DNA from: Eledone cirrhosa
Lineage: Eukaryota
NCBI GenBank assembly: GCA_964016885.1
Contig: CAXHJY010001291.1
Span: 1-22,824, forward strand
Length of the DNA stretch: 22,824 nucleotides
Direction of reading: 5' to 3'
Of the stretch, positions 13,645 to 22,824 are shown piece by piece. The position numbers and the translations under genes are program-made. How positions within the stretch are numbered: position 1 is the first letter of the stretch; every line of letters begins with the position of its first letter. The notes under the pieces were generated by a model that had not been told where the DNA came from, did not search any database, and worked only from the letters and a program-made list of their open reading frames with translations.

Positions 13645-13881
13645 AATTCCATATATGGTCAAAGTGATTGTCAAAAATCAGTAGTAATTCTGTGGTTGCA
13701 AATTAGTAGGGGAGATGGTGGCTAAACCTGCCAGTAGGAGAAAGAGGGGAGGGGGTGGAGTAGACCCAATCAAGCGTTGGTAGTGCCAGCTACAGCTGGG
13801 CATGAGGTCAAAGAAGATACAGGGGAGGGGGAGGGGGAGGAAGTCGGAACGGTAGGTAGAACAATGGGGGGTAGAAATAGG

Positions 13882-13912
<31 letters not shown>

Positions 13913-14765
13913 TGAGAGTGAAGAAAGGCAAATAAGTGTAAAGAAAAGTAAAGTAAATTAAATTCTACGACCTAGGTGTCAGGCTATTGTTAGGCGAGAA
14001 TAAAATAAAGAAAGAAAGAAAGAAGTAAAAAAATAAATAAATGAATAAATAAGGAAATAAGTAAGAGAACTAGGTGGGACGAATAAGGCAAGGACCCTTT
14101 TAAGAGGTATAAGTACATAAATGATACGGTGACGGGTCAACAAAAGGGGCCAAAATACTAAAGAGACTACCACGAAATAAACAATAAAGGTTTCCATCCC
14201 GGGCCTGCAACGACCCAGTGCAGCAAAGTGAACTTGTACGAGATAATAATTCTGAGTCCCGAGAAAAATATATACTAATGCTAACTCTAAAAGATCTAAA
14301 ACAAGCTACATGAAAGTTCGTACGAAATAAAGGTAGAATACGGAGAAATAAATTCAGAATCCACCCCGCCCAGAAGAAGAGCGAAGCAAGAAATACTGAA
14401 ACGAAAAAATAAGGCATGTGCCACTAAGAAATATAGAGGGCACAGAGAATAGTGGGAGCGGTCGGAAAAAGGGGGAAAGTATCCGGGGTCTAAGCCAGCT
14501 GCTATAAAGGGCGGAGTCCGCCAAATCTATCAAAGACTAGTGGAGGGGGGGTGGGGGTACTAAGGCTACATGGGGCCAAAGGGCAGCCTCGGGTGGGCGA
14601 GAAAAGACGCCGACAAAGGAGAAGAGCTGGGGTAGAAGGACAAAGGGGAGAGGGGGGAAGGAAATAAAGGAAGCGATAAAAGAATACAAAGAAGATCTTA
14701 CGTCTTCCTTGGCAAGCAGGGGTTACCTATTGCAAAATCGGCAACTGGGGTGTTATAGCCCTAGT

Positions 14766-16919
14766 CTACCCCCCCGGGTCATTATGGGGTTTGAGGGCGA
14801 GGTAAGTCCTACGCAATCTATGTTTACATGCAGTAACCAGTTCATCTTTCTTGTTTAGGAGTTGGTCCGTCGAAAACAGCATTTGTAAAGTTTCCTCCGA
14901 GCATAAATTGCACGGACGGCGTCCTCCCGTGTAAGAATTGGCTCTGGACAGTAATCTCCAAGTGAGATCATAGGTGATGTTGTTGTCCTTGAGGTCCCAT
15001 ATGTGGCCCGAAAGTGTAGTGGCGTGACGCCGGGCCGGGTTTCGGAAGGTATGTCTATGTTGGTATAGCCGGGTCTTGAAGTCACATGCGGTAAGTCCTA
15101 TATAGGCTTTGTTGGAGGTATCCGTCCTCACGTTGCACTGGTAGATCACATTACGGTCTCTGCATCTATTGTCGAGTGGGCAAATAGATCTATCCGGGCA
15201 GTTACACCTCCTGGTCGGTTCTCCACTGCTAATTAGGTTATTTCTGCCATCGGGGTTGAGTTTTTTGTTGTTAGAGGAGACGATGTTTTGTGCGAAGTTT
15301 GGTGTAGTGCTGTAAGAGAGTTTGATGGTATTTTTGTTAATTATGTTGTGGTAGCGGTGTTGTAATGGGAAGTGTTTTTCAATGAGCCTAAAGAATAGTT
15401 TCCCGATGGGAGTAGTCACCTCTGCGTTGTGGGGAGGATTGAACCATGTTACATTGCGTGAGCGGCGGTGTCTCCTGCTGGTTCCGCTAATGGGAGCTGG
15501 ACAGTAGGATATTTCCTCCCGGAAACCACTCCGCTTGAGGGCCTGGTTGTAATAAGGCGCATGTTCATCGAATATCCGCTCATTAGCTGACAAACGGGAT
15601 ATGCGGAGGGAGATGTTTTTGACCAGGTTGTTTGTGATGTTCCTAGGATGGTTTGATCGGCGGTGGATGTAGTGCAGATTGTCATTAGGTTTCCTGTATG
15701 GGTAGTACAGGTCGTTTTCGAGGTCGAGGGTTACGTCCAGGAAGTTTACTCGGGTCAGGGACGTTTGTAGGGTTATTTTAAATCCCCAGTCGCGGAAGAA
15801 TCTGATTAATTGTTTCCGGACCCGATCTGTACTACTGGGGTTGTACCCTTTAAGGGTAAGGAGCCCATCATCACGGTACAATCCACCACCGAATGCAGGA
15901 AACATATCAGTGAGTTTGGCTATTAGGAATAATCCTATAAGATCAGTGACCTCCGCCGAATCCGTGGCGCCCATGCTGACGTCGAAGGGTGAGTCGGGAG
16001 CTCTTTTTATCCATTTAGAGTCGTCAAAGAGTAAGACTGTCTTCCTGGCGTGGAGGATGATTTTTCTTTCCTGGTCGGTGATGGGCACGAGTGTTTCGGC
16101 GAAGTCCAAGGCGGCAGTAAGTAGCGGTAAGGTGATAGAAGCATAGTAGCTCTCTATGTCGAACTGTATGAATTTAGTTTCTCGTTTATCCTCCATATTG
16201 CTGAACCAGGAGATTACTTCCTGGGTGTTGATCCATAGGCTAAGTCGGGTGTGTTGCTTGACTTTTGGTATCACGCGGTCTAGGATTATTTTGCTGATTC
16301 TCCCTATGTCGGACTTCGTTGGGTTAATAAGCCTGATGGAGGGTTTACGGTCAAAATCGGATTTATGGTCCTTCAGTGTGAAGTATGGTGTCCGTGGGTC
16401 TAGAGGTTCCGTGCGGTCGGCGACCCCGAGGCTGGAGGTGATTTGTTGTCCATCTCGATTTATGTCCTCGATACAAGAGTGGTTGGCCTTTTTATAGGTG
16501 GAGTTTAGGCTGCTCCTGATCAGTGTGTGGTATCTGTCAGGGTTGACAAAGTATAGGTTCCCAGTTTTATCCGAATGCACCATGATGTCATTTGTGTTAT
16601 CATACTCTGTTAAGTTGCTACGGAGTTTTTGTAGGAATCGGTTGTGTCTGGGTTTAAATTTAATGTTCTTGACCAGTTGGAAGAGGTCATTCTCGAAGGG
16701 TGCGAGCAAGGGGTTCAGGGGCGGAGATTTGTAGGTAATAAATCCGAATCTCTCCTTGGTGCCGAAGTCTTGGTTGTCGCAATATCTGTCATAGAAAAAA
16801 GTTCTCCATCTAAGTCTTTTCGCAAATAGATCAATTTTTTGCGTGAGCATCCGAAGGTAAAGTTTTTTCGGTGGGATTGGGATGTTCTTGGTAGAGAAGT
16901 CAATGTTGTGTTTTCGCAT
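14766..16919 (-). CDS. PLE polyprotein: reverse transcriptase plus C-terminal GIY-YIG endonuclease (717 aa)
   Basis: SDKTGN, TLKDHK...IRLINP, QFDIESYY (motif A), SMGATDS (B'), LYRDDG (C), NFLDVTL (E), YIHRRSNHP thumb, CNC-x5-CPL-x3-C linker, NVIYQC...YIGLT...FKTRLYQH, CNLCSEE...LLNK...CKH. Start context gcaccATG. Confidence 0.96.
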   Translation of the reverse strand: MRKHNIDFSTKNIPIPPKKLYLRMLTQKIDLFAKRLRWRTFFYDRYCDNQDFGTKERFGFITYKSPPLNPLLAPFENDLFQLVKNIKFKPRHNRFLQKLRSNLTEYDNTNDIMVHSDKTGNLYFVNPDRYHTLIRSSLNSTYKKANHSCIEDINRDGQQITSSLGVADRTEPLDPRTPYFTLKDHKSDFDRKPSIRLINPTKSDIGRISKIILDRVIPKVKQHTRLSLWINTQEVISWFSNMEDKRETKFIQFDIESYYASITLPLLTAALDFAETLVPITDQERKIILHARKTVLLFDDSKWIKRAPDSPFDVSMGATDSAEVTDLIGLFLIAKLTDMFPAFGGGLYRDDGLLTLKGYNPSSTDRVRKQLIRFFRDWGFKITLQTSLTRVNFLDVTLDLENDLYYPYRKPNDNLHYIHRRSNHPRNITNNLVKNISLRISRLSANERIFDEHAPYYNQALKRSGFREEISYCPAPISGTSRRHRRSRNVTWFNPPHNAEVTTPIGKLFFRLIEKHFPLQHRYHNIINKNTIKLSYSTTPNFAQNIVSSNNKKLNPDGRNNLISSGEPTRRCNCPDRSICPLDNRCRDRNVIYQCNVRTDTSNKAYIGLTACDFKTRLYQHRHTFRNPARRHATTLSGHIWDLKDNNITYDLTWRLLSRANSYTGGRRPCNLCSEETLQMLFSTDQLLNKKDELVTACKHRLRRTYLALKPHNDPGG

Positions 16920-17204
16920 GGTGCGGGTGAAAAGAATTGAGCTTAGCGGAAAAGTCTGGATGCGGCGTTATATATATATATATATATATATATATAACGA
17001 AGGAAATGTGGTAAGGAACCAGGTGGACCATAACGCACCAAAGTACTCAATACTTGGGGTAGTAGAGTGGGTAATAGGAACCAGTAAGACCCCGACGGCT
17101 GAGCTCAAGCCGTTTCGACGGCTAATTCTGGACTAAAATTATTCTTTTAGTCCAGAATTAGCCGTCGAAACGGCTTGAGCTCAGCCGTCGGGGTCTTACT
17201 GGTT

Positions 17205-17276
<72 letters not shown>

Positions 17277-17639
17277 TCTTTCTCCTATGTCTTTCGCTGT
17301 GTGTGTGCACGGATGCGTATATGTTTTACAAGTGCGATTCCGGGTTCAAACGACAGAAAAAGTGAGTGCCCAGGGAGAATGAGCCTATGTCCAAAGGTCG
17401 ATGCCTTTCTGGTTTAAACCACGGTTCAGCAGAGAAGTAGTGTTGGTCACAAGAAAACAGACTGAAAAGTTAATAGGCTGACCAAGATACTTTCATGGAA
17501 TGACCAAATGAGATATATTTTTCAACAAACTCCCTGGAAGGAAACAATGTAGTTATTAATAAGAAAAGTTGAAATTAATCCATGCGAGATTTCGCAGCTC
17601 TATCATCACCCCTACCGATGCGCTGAACGAGTGTGACTT

Positions 17640-18145
17640 TTTAGTCAAGCCAGCGACTTGAAAACTCTGGTACAAACACTACACTAGTGACAACTACTGA
17701 CACATAGTGCAGGGCCCATGGTACCATGTGACCACAAGTGCAGAGAGACCACCAGATATAAAGCAATGCCTGTGCCGTGAAGCTTTTATAGTGAGCAAAG
17801 GCACTGCACAAAGCCAGTCCCACTCTCTTAACCAAGATGTTATTTACCAAAAAGAAGAACAAGTCAACATCATTGGATACCATCAGGGTTGCAGGTGTTA
17901 TATCAGAGTTTTCCTTCTCATAGAATTCTGCCTTGACAAAGGCTAAGGGGTCATCTCTCCCGGTGATTTTGGATGGCCATTGACTCTTAAGAGCTCGTTT
18001 TGCCTTTGACAGGTTTTGTTTTTAGTCCTGCAGGATGTCCAAAGTAACCCTCCTCACCAAGAAAGCTTGCTGGGGTTGCCAGTTTAGTCGCCAACGACCC
18101 AACCATGAGGCAGATTGTACTGGGATACATGTTACCAGTAGCACC

Positions 18146-18147
<2 letters not shown>
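17640..18147 (-). mobile_element. Decayed 5' region of an RTE-like non-LTR element or derivative
   Basis: Minus-strand motif gagaaggaaaactctgatataacacc (17894-17919) resembles RTE 5' UTRs from recall. HDV-like motif at its 5' end. The left boundary is approximate. Confidence 0.5.
18079..18147 (-). ncRNA. Degenerate HDV-like ribozyme candidate
   Basis: P2 CCAGU/ACUGG, L3-like GCCUCAU, GGC able to pair with L3 GCC, J4/2 CUAA. P1 and P3 are imperfect. Confidence 0.45.
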
Positions 18148-18600
<453 letters not shown>

Positions 18601-18764
18601 AATGTCTGTGTGTGTATGTGTGGCCTCTATCTAACAACACAATTGCATATATATATATATATATAAATTTGAGTGTGTTAGTTGCTTACCATTTCTTTGA
18701 ATTAACAACACCATGTTTCGGATATTGGCATATCAACGTAACAACAAGGACCATTTTATCCCAC

Positions 18765-18941
18765 GTATCAGTAGAGGGTTGGATGTCATGCTTTGAAGCA
18801 TAGAGTTACCTCCTTTTATGATCTGAGTTAAAATCCCGCCGAGGTTAACTTTGCCTTTCATCCTTACGGGTTCGATAAAGTAAAGTACCAGTAATGGCCT
18901 GGGTAATTGCTGGCCTTGTGCCAAAAGTAGAAACAATTATA
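18765..18941 (+). mobile_element. tRNA-SINE copy, A box truncated
   Basis: gtatcagtagagggttggatg...gagttaaaatcccgccgaggttaactttgcctttcatcc...tagaaacaattat. Confidence 0.87.
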
Positions 18942-19192
18942 TTTCCTTGTATTTTTTCTGTTGAAGTTATAGTTGCCTGATGAGGTCATAGCTGTTGAAT
19001 AATGGTTATCACAGAAATATATATTACAGCAAATATGAGTAAACAAAGTTAATTTTAAACTGTTGACTTACATTTGATGATATATATATATTATAGGAGA
19101 GAGATGTCGGTTTAACTCGTATTTATTTTCTACTACACATGTTCTGCCAAATGGCAGTCTCAAAACCGTACTGAATTACCTACAATTATGTT

Positions 19193-19380
19193 GCAGTGGT
19201 TTGGCAGTATCGGTAGAGGGTCGGACGCCATGCTTTCCATCATAGTTACGTCCCTTTACGATCTGAGTTCAAATCCCGCCGAGGTTGACTTTGCCTTTCA
19301 TCCTTACGGGGTCGATAAAATAAAGTACCAGTAATGCACTGGGTCCTTGCTGGCCTTGTGCCTAAAGTATAAACAATTAT
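19193..19380 (+). mobile_element. tRNA-SINE copy with 11-bp TSD
   Basis: Intact A and B boxes. ACAATTATGTT at 19182-19192 and 19373-19383. Confidence 0.9.
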
Positions 19381-19561
19381 GTTATAGTATCTTTTGATTA
19401 TTTAGGTCAGTGTCTCTTCAGACACTAGAATAATCTCCCTTTTATACGCTACAGAAGAGACGAGTAACAAAGAATTTAAATACTAACTGGAAAAAATATG
19501 CATTTTACCAAGCCTACATAAGAGAACAGGAGATTTGAAATATATGGCGGACCTTAGCAAC

Positions 19562-19605
<44 letters not shown>

Positions 19606-20329
19606 GCATCTTCTTTCATATATATATATATATATTAAAAAAAAACCAAAGAACAACATAAAAAAGCGAGATGTCCTACACGGGTGAAAATATAAGAAAA
19701 AGAAAATAGAAAATAGAACTGAGATAGTTTGTCTCAAACCACAAACAAATCTCAATTTTAAAGCATAAGAACTGTGAAACCGGCAAAGTACATATAATAA
19801 AGAGAGATAAACTCAGATATATACATATATGTGTTCAAATCGTAAGGGACCAGATTCGCTAGGGTGAATAAGATACTAAATATGAAAAATACGGTTGGCC
19901 CGACTCAATTAAAAGAATAAATTAAGAAAAATTATTAACCAATCGTGATAACTATCAAATAAACACCCAGACAGTCTTTGGTAAAACTGTTTCAGATCAA
20001 GTGAAAGGAATTACCAATTCTATTGCTCTTCAGTGAATGTAAAAATTAGTAGACCCTTCACTTGTAGGTTTCTTAGAAGACTAAATGAAGCGCGTGTTTA
20101 GAATAACGCTCATGATATTCATTATGAATTGAACACATATATGTCTATATCTGTGTTTATCTCTCTTTATTATATTGAATTATACTACACGGCTCGGAAC
20201 ATTTTTCCTTGAGCTCTTTAATTGTAATAGACTATTCTGAGTTTCTAACTCAATATATACTTTTGATATATATCCATTTCTTCTTTTTATATATGATGAC
20301 AAAATTATGTAAATTTTAACGTTAAACTT

Positions 20330-20660
20330 CTAATTTAAACTTCCGGTGAATATTAAGACGAAAGGTGAAAACGTAGAGACTGGTTCATTATTACGACGTT
20401 GCATTTTCGACATGTGACATGTTGTGTCTATCATGTGACCATCAGTGTCCCCGGTTGACATTGAGGAAATCATGCCTGATGAAAGAGCCTCATAATTTGG
20501 ATGTATCGTTACAGGTAGCGTTACAGGTATCGTTGGTTGTTCTTCACGGTAAGATATTTCGATTTTTTTCGGGTGCCCCCAAAACGGGGTATTGAGGTGA
20601 AATAAGCGGGGGTAGAGGCGGGGGTGGAGGTGGAATATGTGGGGGTGGGGGTGGAGATGG
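20330..20660 (+). promoter_or_regulatory. Possible host promoter and first exon with splice donor
   Basis: ACTTCCGG (ETS-like, 20339-20346), two CATGTGAC E-boxes (20411, 20432), donor CG|GTAAGA at 20548/20549, downstream GC boxes, locally free of microsatellites. Confidence 0.3.
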
Positions 20661-21597
20661 AAAATGAATTCATCTCGTTTTTTTTTTTCGTTGTTCTTTA
20701 AAAACCAGAATTAGTCGTTTAATTTACATATTGAAACCCCAACCCATCCTATTTATTTTATAACGTATGGGATTTCTTGAAGTATTCTTTGTCATGTATA
20801 CCTATTTCATTGTATAACGAATATTAAGTGCAGCATGCTGCAGGAATGCTATCGCATTAAATACATTTTCACCGGGGATAAATTTACAAAATTTAATGAT
20901 CGTTGGTGTGTGTTGTGTGTTGGGGTGTGTTGTGGTTGGTTTTAAACATTCTGAAAACTTAATAAGCGGGGGTGGGGGACGAATATTTCAGACCGGAGAG
21001 AAGAATAGTACAATTAAGCAAACAACACGAAACCACGAAGTAAAGCAAAGAAATTTGCAAGGAGTATGAAATAAATTTTTAAAATGTAAGTAAAAATAAA
21101 ATAGAAACTGAGAAGAATTATGAAAGAATTGTTAAGGAAAGAAATATAATTGCAAAATGGCGAATAAGAGATAGAGAGAATATAAAGATGAGGAACATAA
21201 TAGAAAGGTAACGCAAGAATTTGGACAGAAAATATATAATTAGGATTGGAAATTGGTTGGAAAGTGGATATGAATATAATGCATGATATATTAACAAAAT
21301 TATCAGTTAAGATTGTACAAAAATTACATTTATTTCTCATATATATTAGAAGCCGAATAGAAAAATAATTGTTGCCTAATGGTGTAAGTCTATCATATAT
21401 AGAAAATGCAAAGGTATACATGCATACATACATATATATACATACATACATATATATGTGTGTGTGATTGTGTGTGTGTGTATGTGTGTGTGTGCAAGCC
21501 AGCAGACATAGATACAATAATATTCGTATAGTTTTGCGAGACATTAAACACATTCATTTGTAAATACATATGTATTAGTCAAGATAACAGCCCCCCC

Positions 21598-21599
<2 letters not shown>

Positions 21600-21674
<75 letters not shown>

Positions 21675-21762
21675 GCTCTCTCTCTCTTTCTCTCGTTAAC
21701 ACAAACATATATAAATAAACATCTATCTATATATATATTCCTAGACACGCACACATACATAT

Positions 21763-21816
<54 letters not shown>

Positions 21817-21880
21817 GTATATAACAACAAACAAATATAAACACACACACATATAAACATACACACACACACACACAGGC
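21600..21880. repeat. (CT)n and (CA)n microsatellites
   Basis: (CT)n at about 21600-21695; (CA)n at about 21765-21812. Confidence 0.95.
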
Positions 21881-21984
21881 ATACATATATACATATATAT
21901 GCATAAACACATACATAAATTACATATTCAATTGCCCCCAAACATGTGTGACATAAAAAAACAAATTAATAAAAAAGAAAGCAT

Positions 21985-22824
21985 GTATATATATATATAT
22001 AAGATGTATATAAATTAGATGTGTATATTTAAGATGTATATATATAAGGTGTATATATATTAGATGTATATATTTAAGATGTATATATATAAGGTGTATA
22101 TATATTAGATGTATATATATAATATGTATATATATCAGATGTATATATATGAGATGTATATACATTAGATGTATATATATTAGATGTATATATATAAGAT
22201 GTATATATATATAAGATGTATATATATAAGAAGTATATATATAAGATGTATTATATAAGATGTATATATATTAGATGTAAATATAAGATGTATATACATA
22301 AGAAGTATATATATAAGAAGTATATATATATAAGAAGTATATATATATAAGAAGTATATATATAAGATGTATATATAAGATGTATATATATAAGATGTAT
22401 ATATATAAGAAGTATATATATATATAGAAGTATATATATAAAAGATGTATATATATATAAGATGTATATATACATGTATGATATGTATATATATAAGATG
22501 TATATATATACATATCATACATGTATATATACATCTTATATATATATACATCTTTTATATATATACTTCTTATATATATATACTTCTTATATATATACAT
22601 CTTATATATATACATCTTATATATACATCTTATATATATACTTCTTATATATATATACTTCTTATATATATATACTTCTTATATATATACTTCTTATGTA
22701 TATACATCTTATATTTACATCTAATATATATACATCTTATATATACATCTTATATATATACTTCTTATATATATACATCTTATATATATATACATCTTAT
22801 ATATATACATCTAATATATATAAT
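21985..22824. repeat. 13-17-bp TA-derived minisatellite (TATATATAAGATG/AAGAAG) with orientation switch near 22498
   Basis: AGATG/AGAAG units up to about 22500, CATCT/CTTCT units afterwards. Confidence 0.93.

Larger units (their letters stand above)
13537..17208 (-). mobile_element. Apparently full-length, young Penelope-like retroelement (Hydra-like) in (TA)n
   Basis: Intact ORF. Direct repeat 13537-13599 vs 17075-17137 with 1 mismatch. Perfect 64-bp inverted repeat 17075-17138/17145-17208. TA tracts on both flanks. ~1.2 kb 3' UTR. Confidence 0.93.

Noticed and set aside
15841-16829. Plus-strand ORFs opposite the RT
   Set aside because: Antisense shadows of the PLE ORF with no recognisable motifs.
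14766-16919. Telomerase, group II intron, or Naiad-type selenoprotein element
   Set aside because: GIY-YIG is C-terminal, pLTRs are present, and there is no in-frame TGA. This fits a C-terminal-EN PLE.
16943-17053. Intron in the PLE leader
   Set aside because: Only weak GT/AG candidates, which cannot be supported without transcripts.
20476-20510. CTGATGA as a hammerhead core (also at about 18977)
   Set aside because: No stem II followed by GAAA downstream.

Overview
Eukaryotic, very AT-rich, repeat-dominated DNA. The tRNA-derived SINE and the (TA)n load suggest a coleoid cephalopod, probably an octopod (recall, not a database match). No intact host CDS is recognisable, and almost all ORFs in the track are microsatellite artefacts. 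The main feature is a young, apparently intact Penelope-like retroelement (PLE; 13537-17208, minus strand) inserted in (TA)n. It encodes a 717-aa RT plus C-terminal GIY-YIG protein resembling the Hydra clade. Its 3' end folds into a complete type I hammerhead ribozyme with a U3-A8 core. Its 5' end carries half-ribozyme pseudo-LTRs (direct plus inverted) and an internal (TA)14 tract. Two ORF-less mini-copies of that 5' module lie tail-to-tail at 5271-5677. The window also holds a decayed Neptune-like PLE with an inverted 5' pLTR (115-2910), several further PLE-type termini with hammerhead-like motifs, an RTE-like 5' fragment with a degenerate HDV-like ribozyme, five tRNA-SINE copies, a 26-bp minisatellite, a terminal palindrome, and a possible host promoter/first exon near 20.3-20.7 kb.
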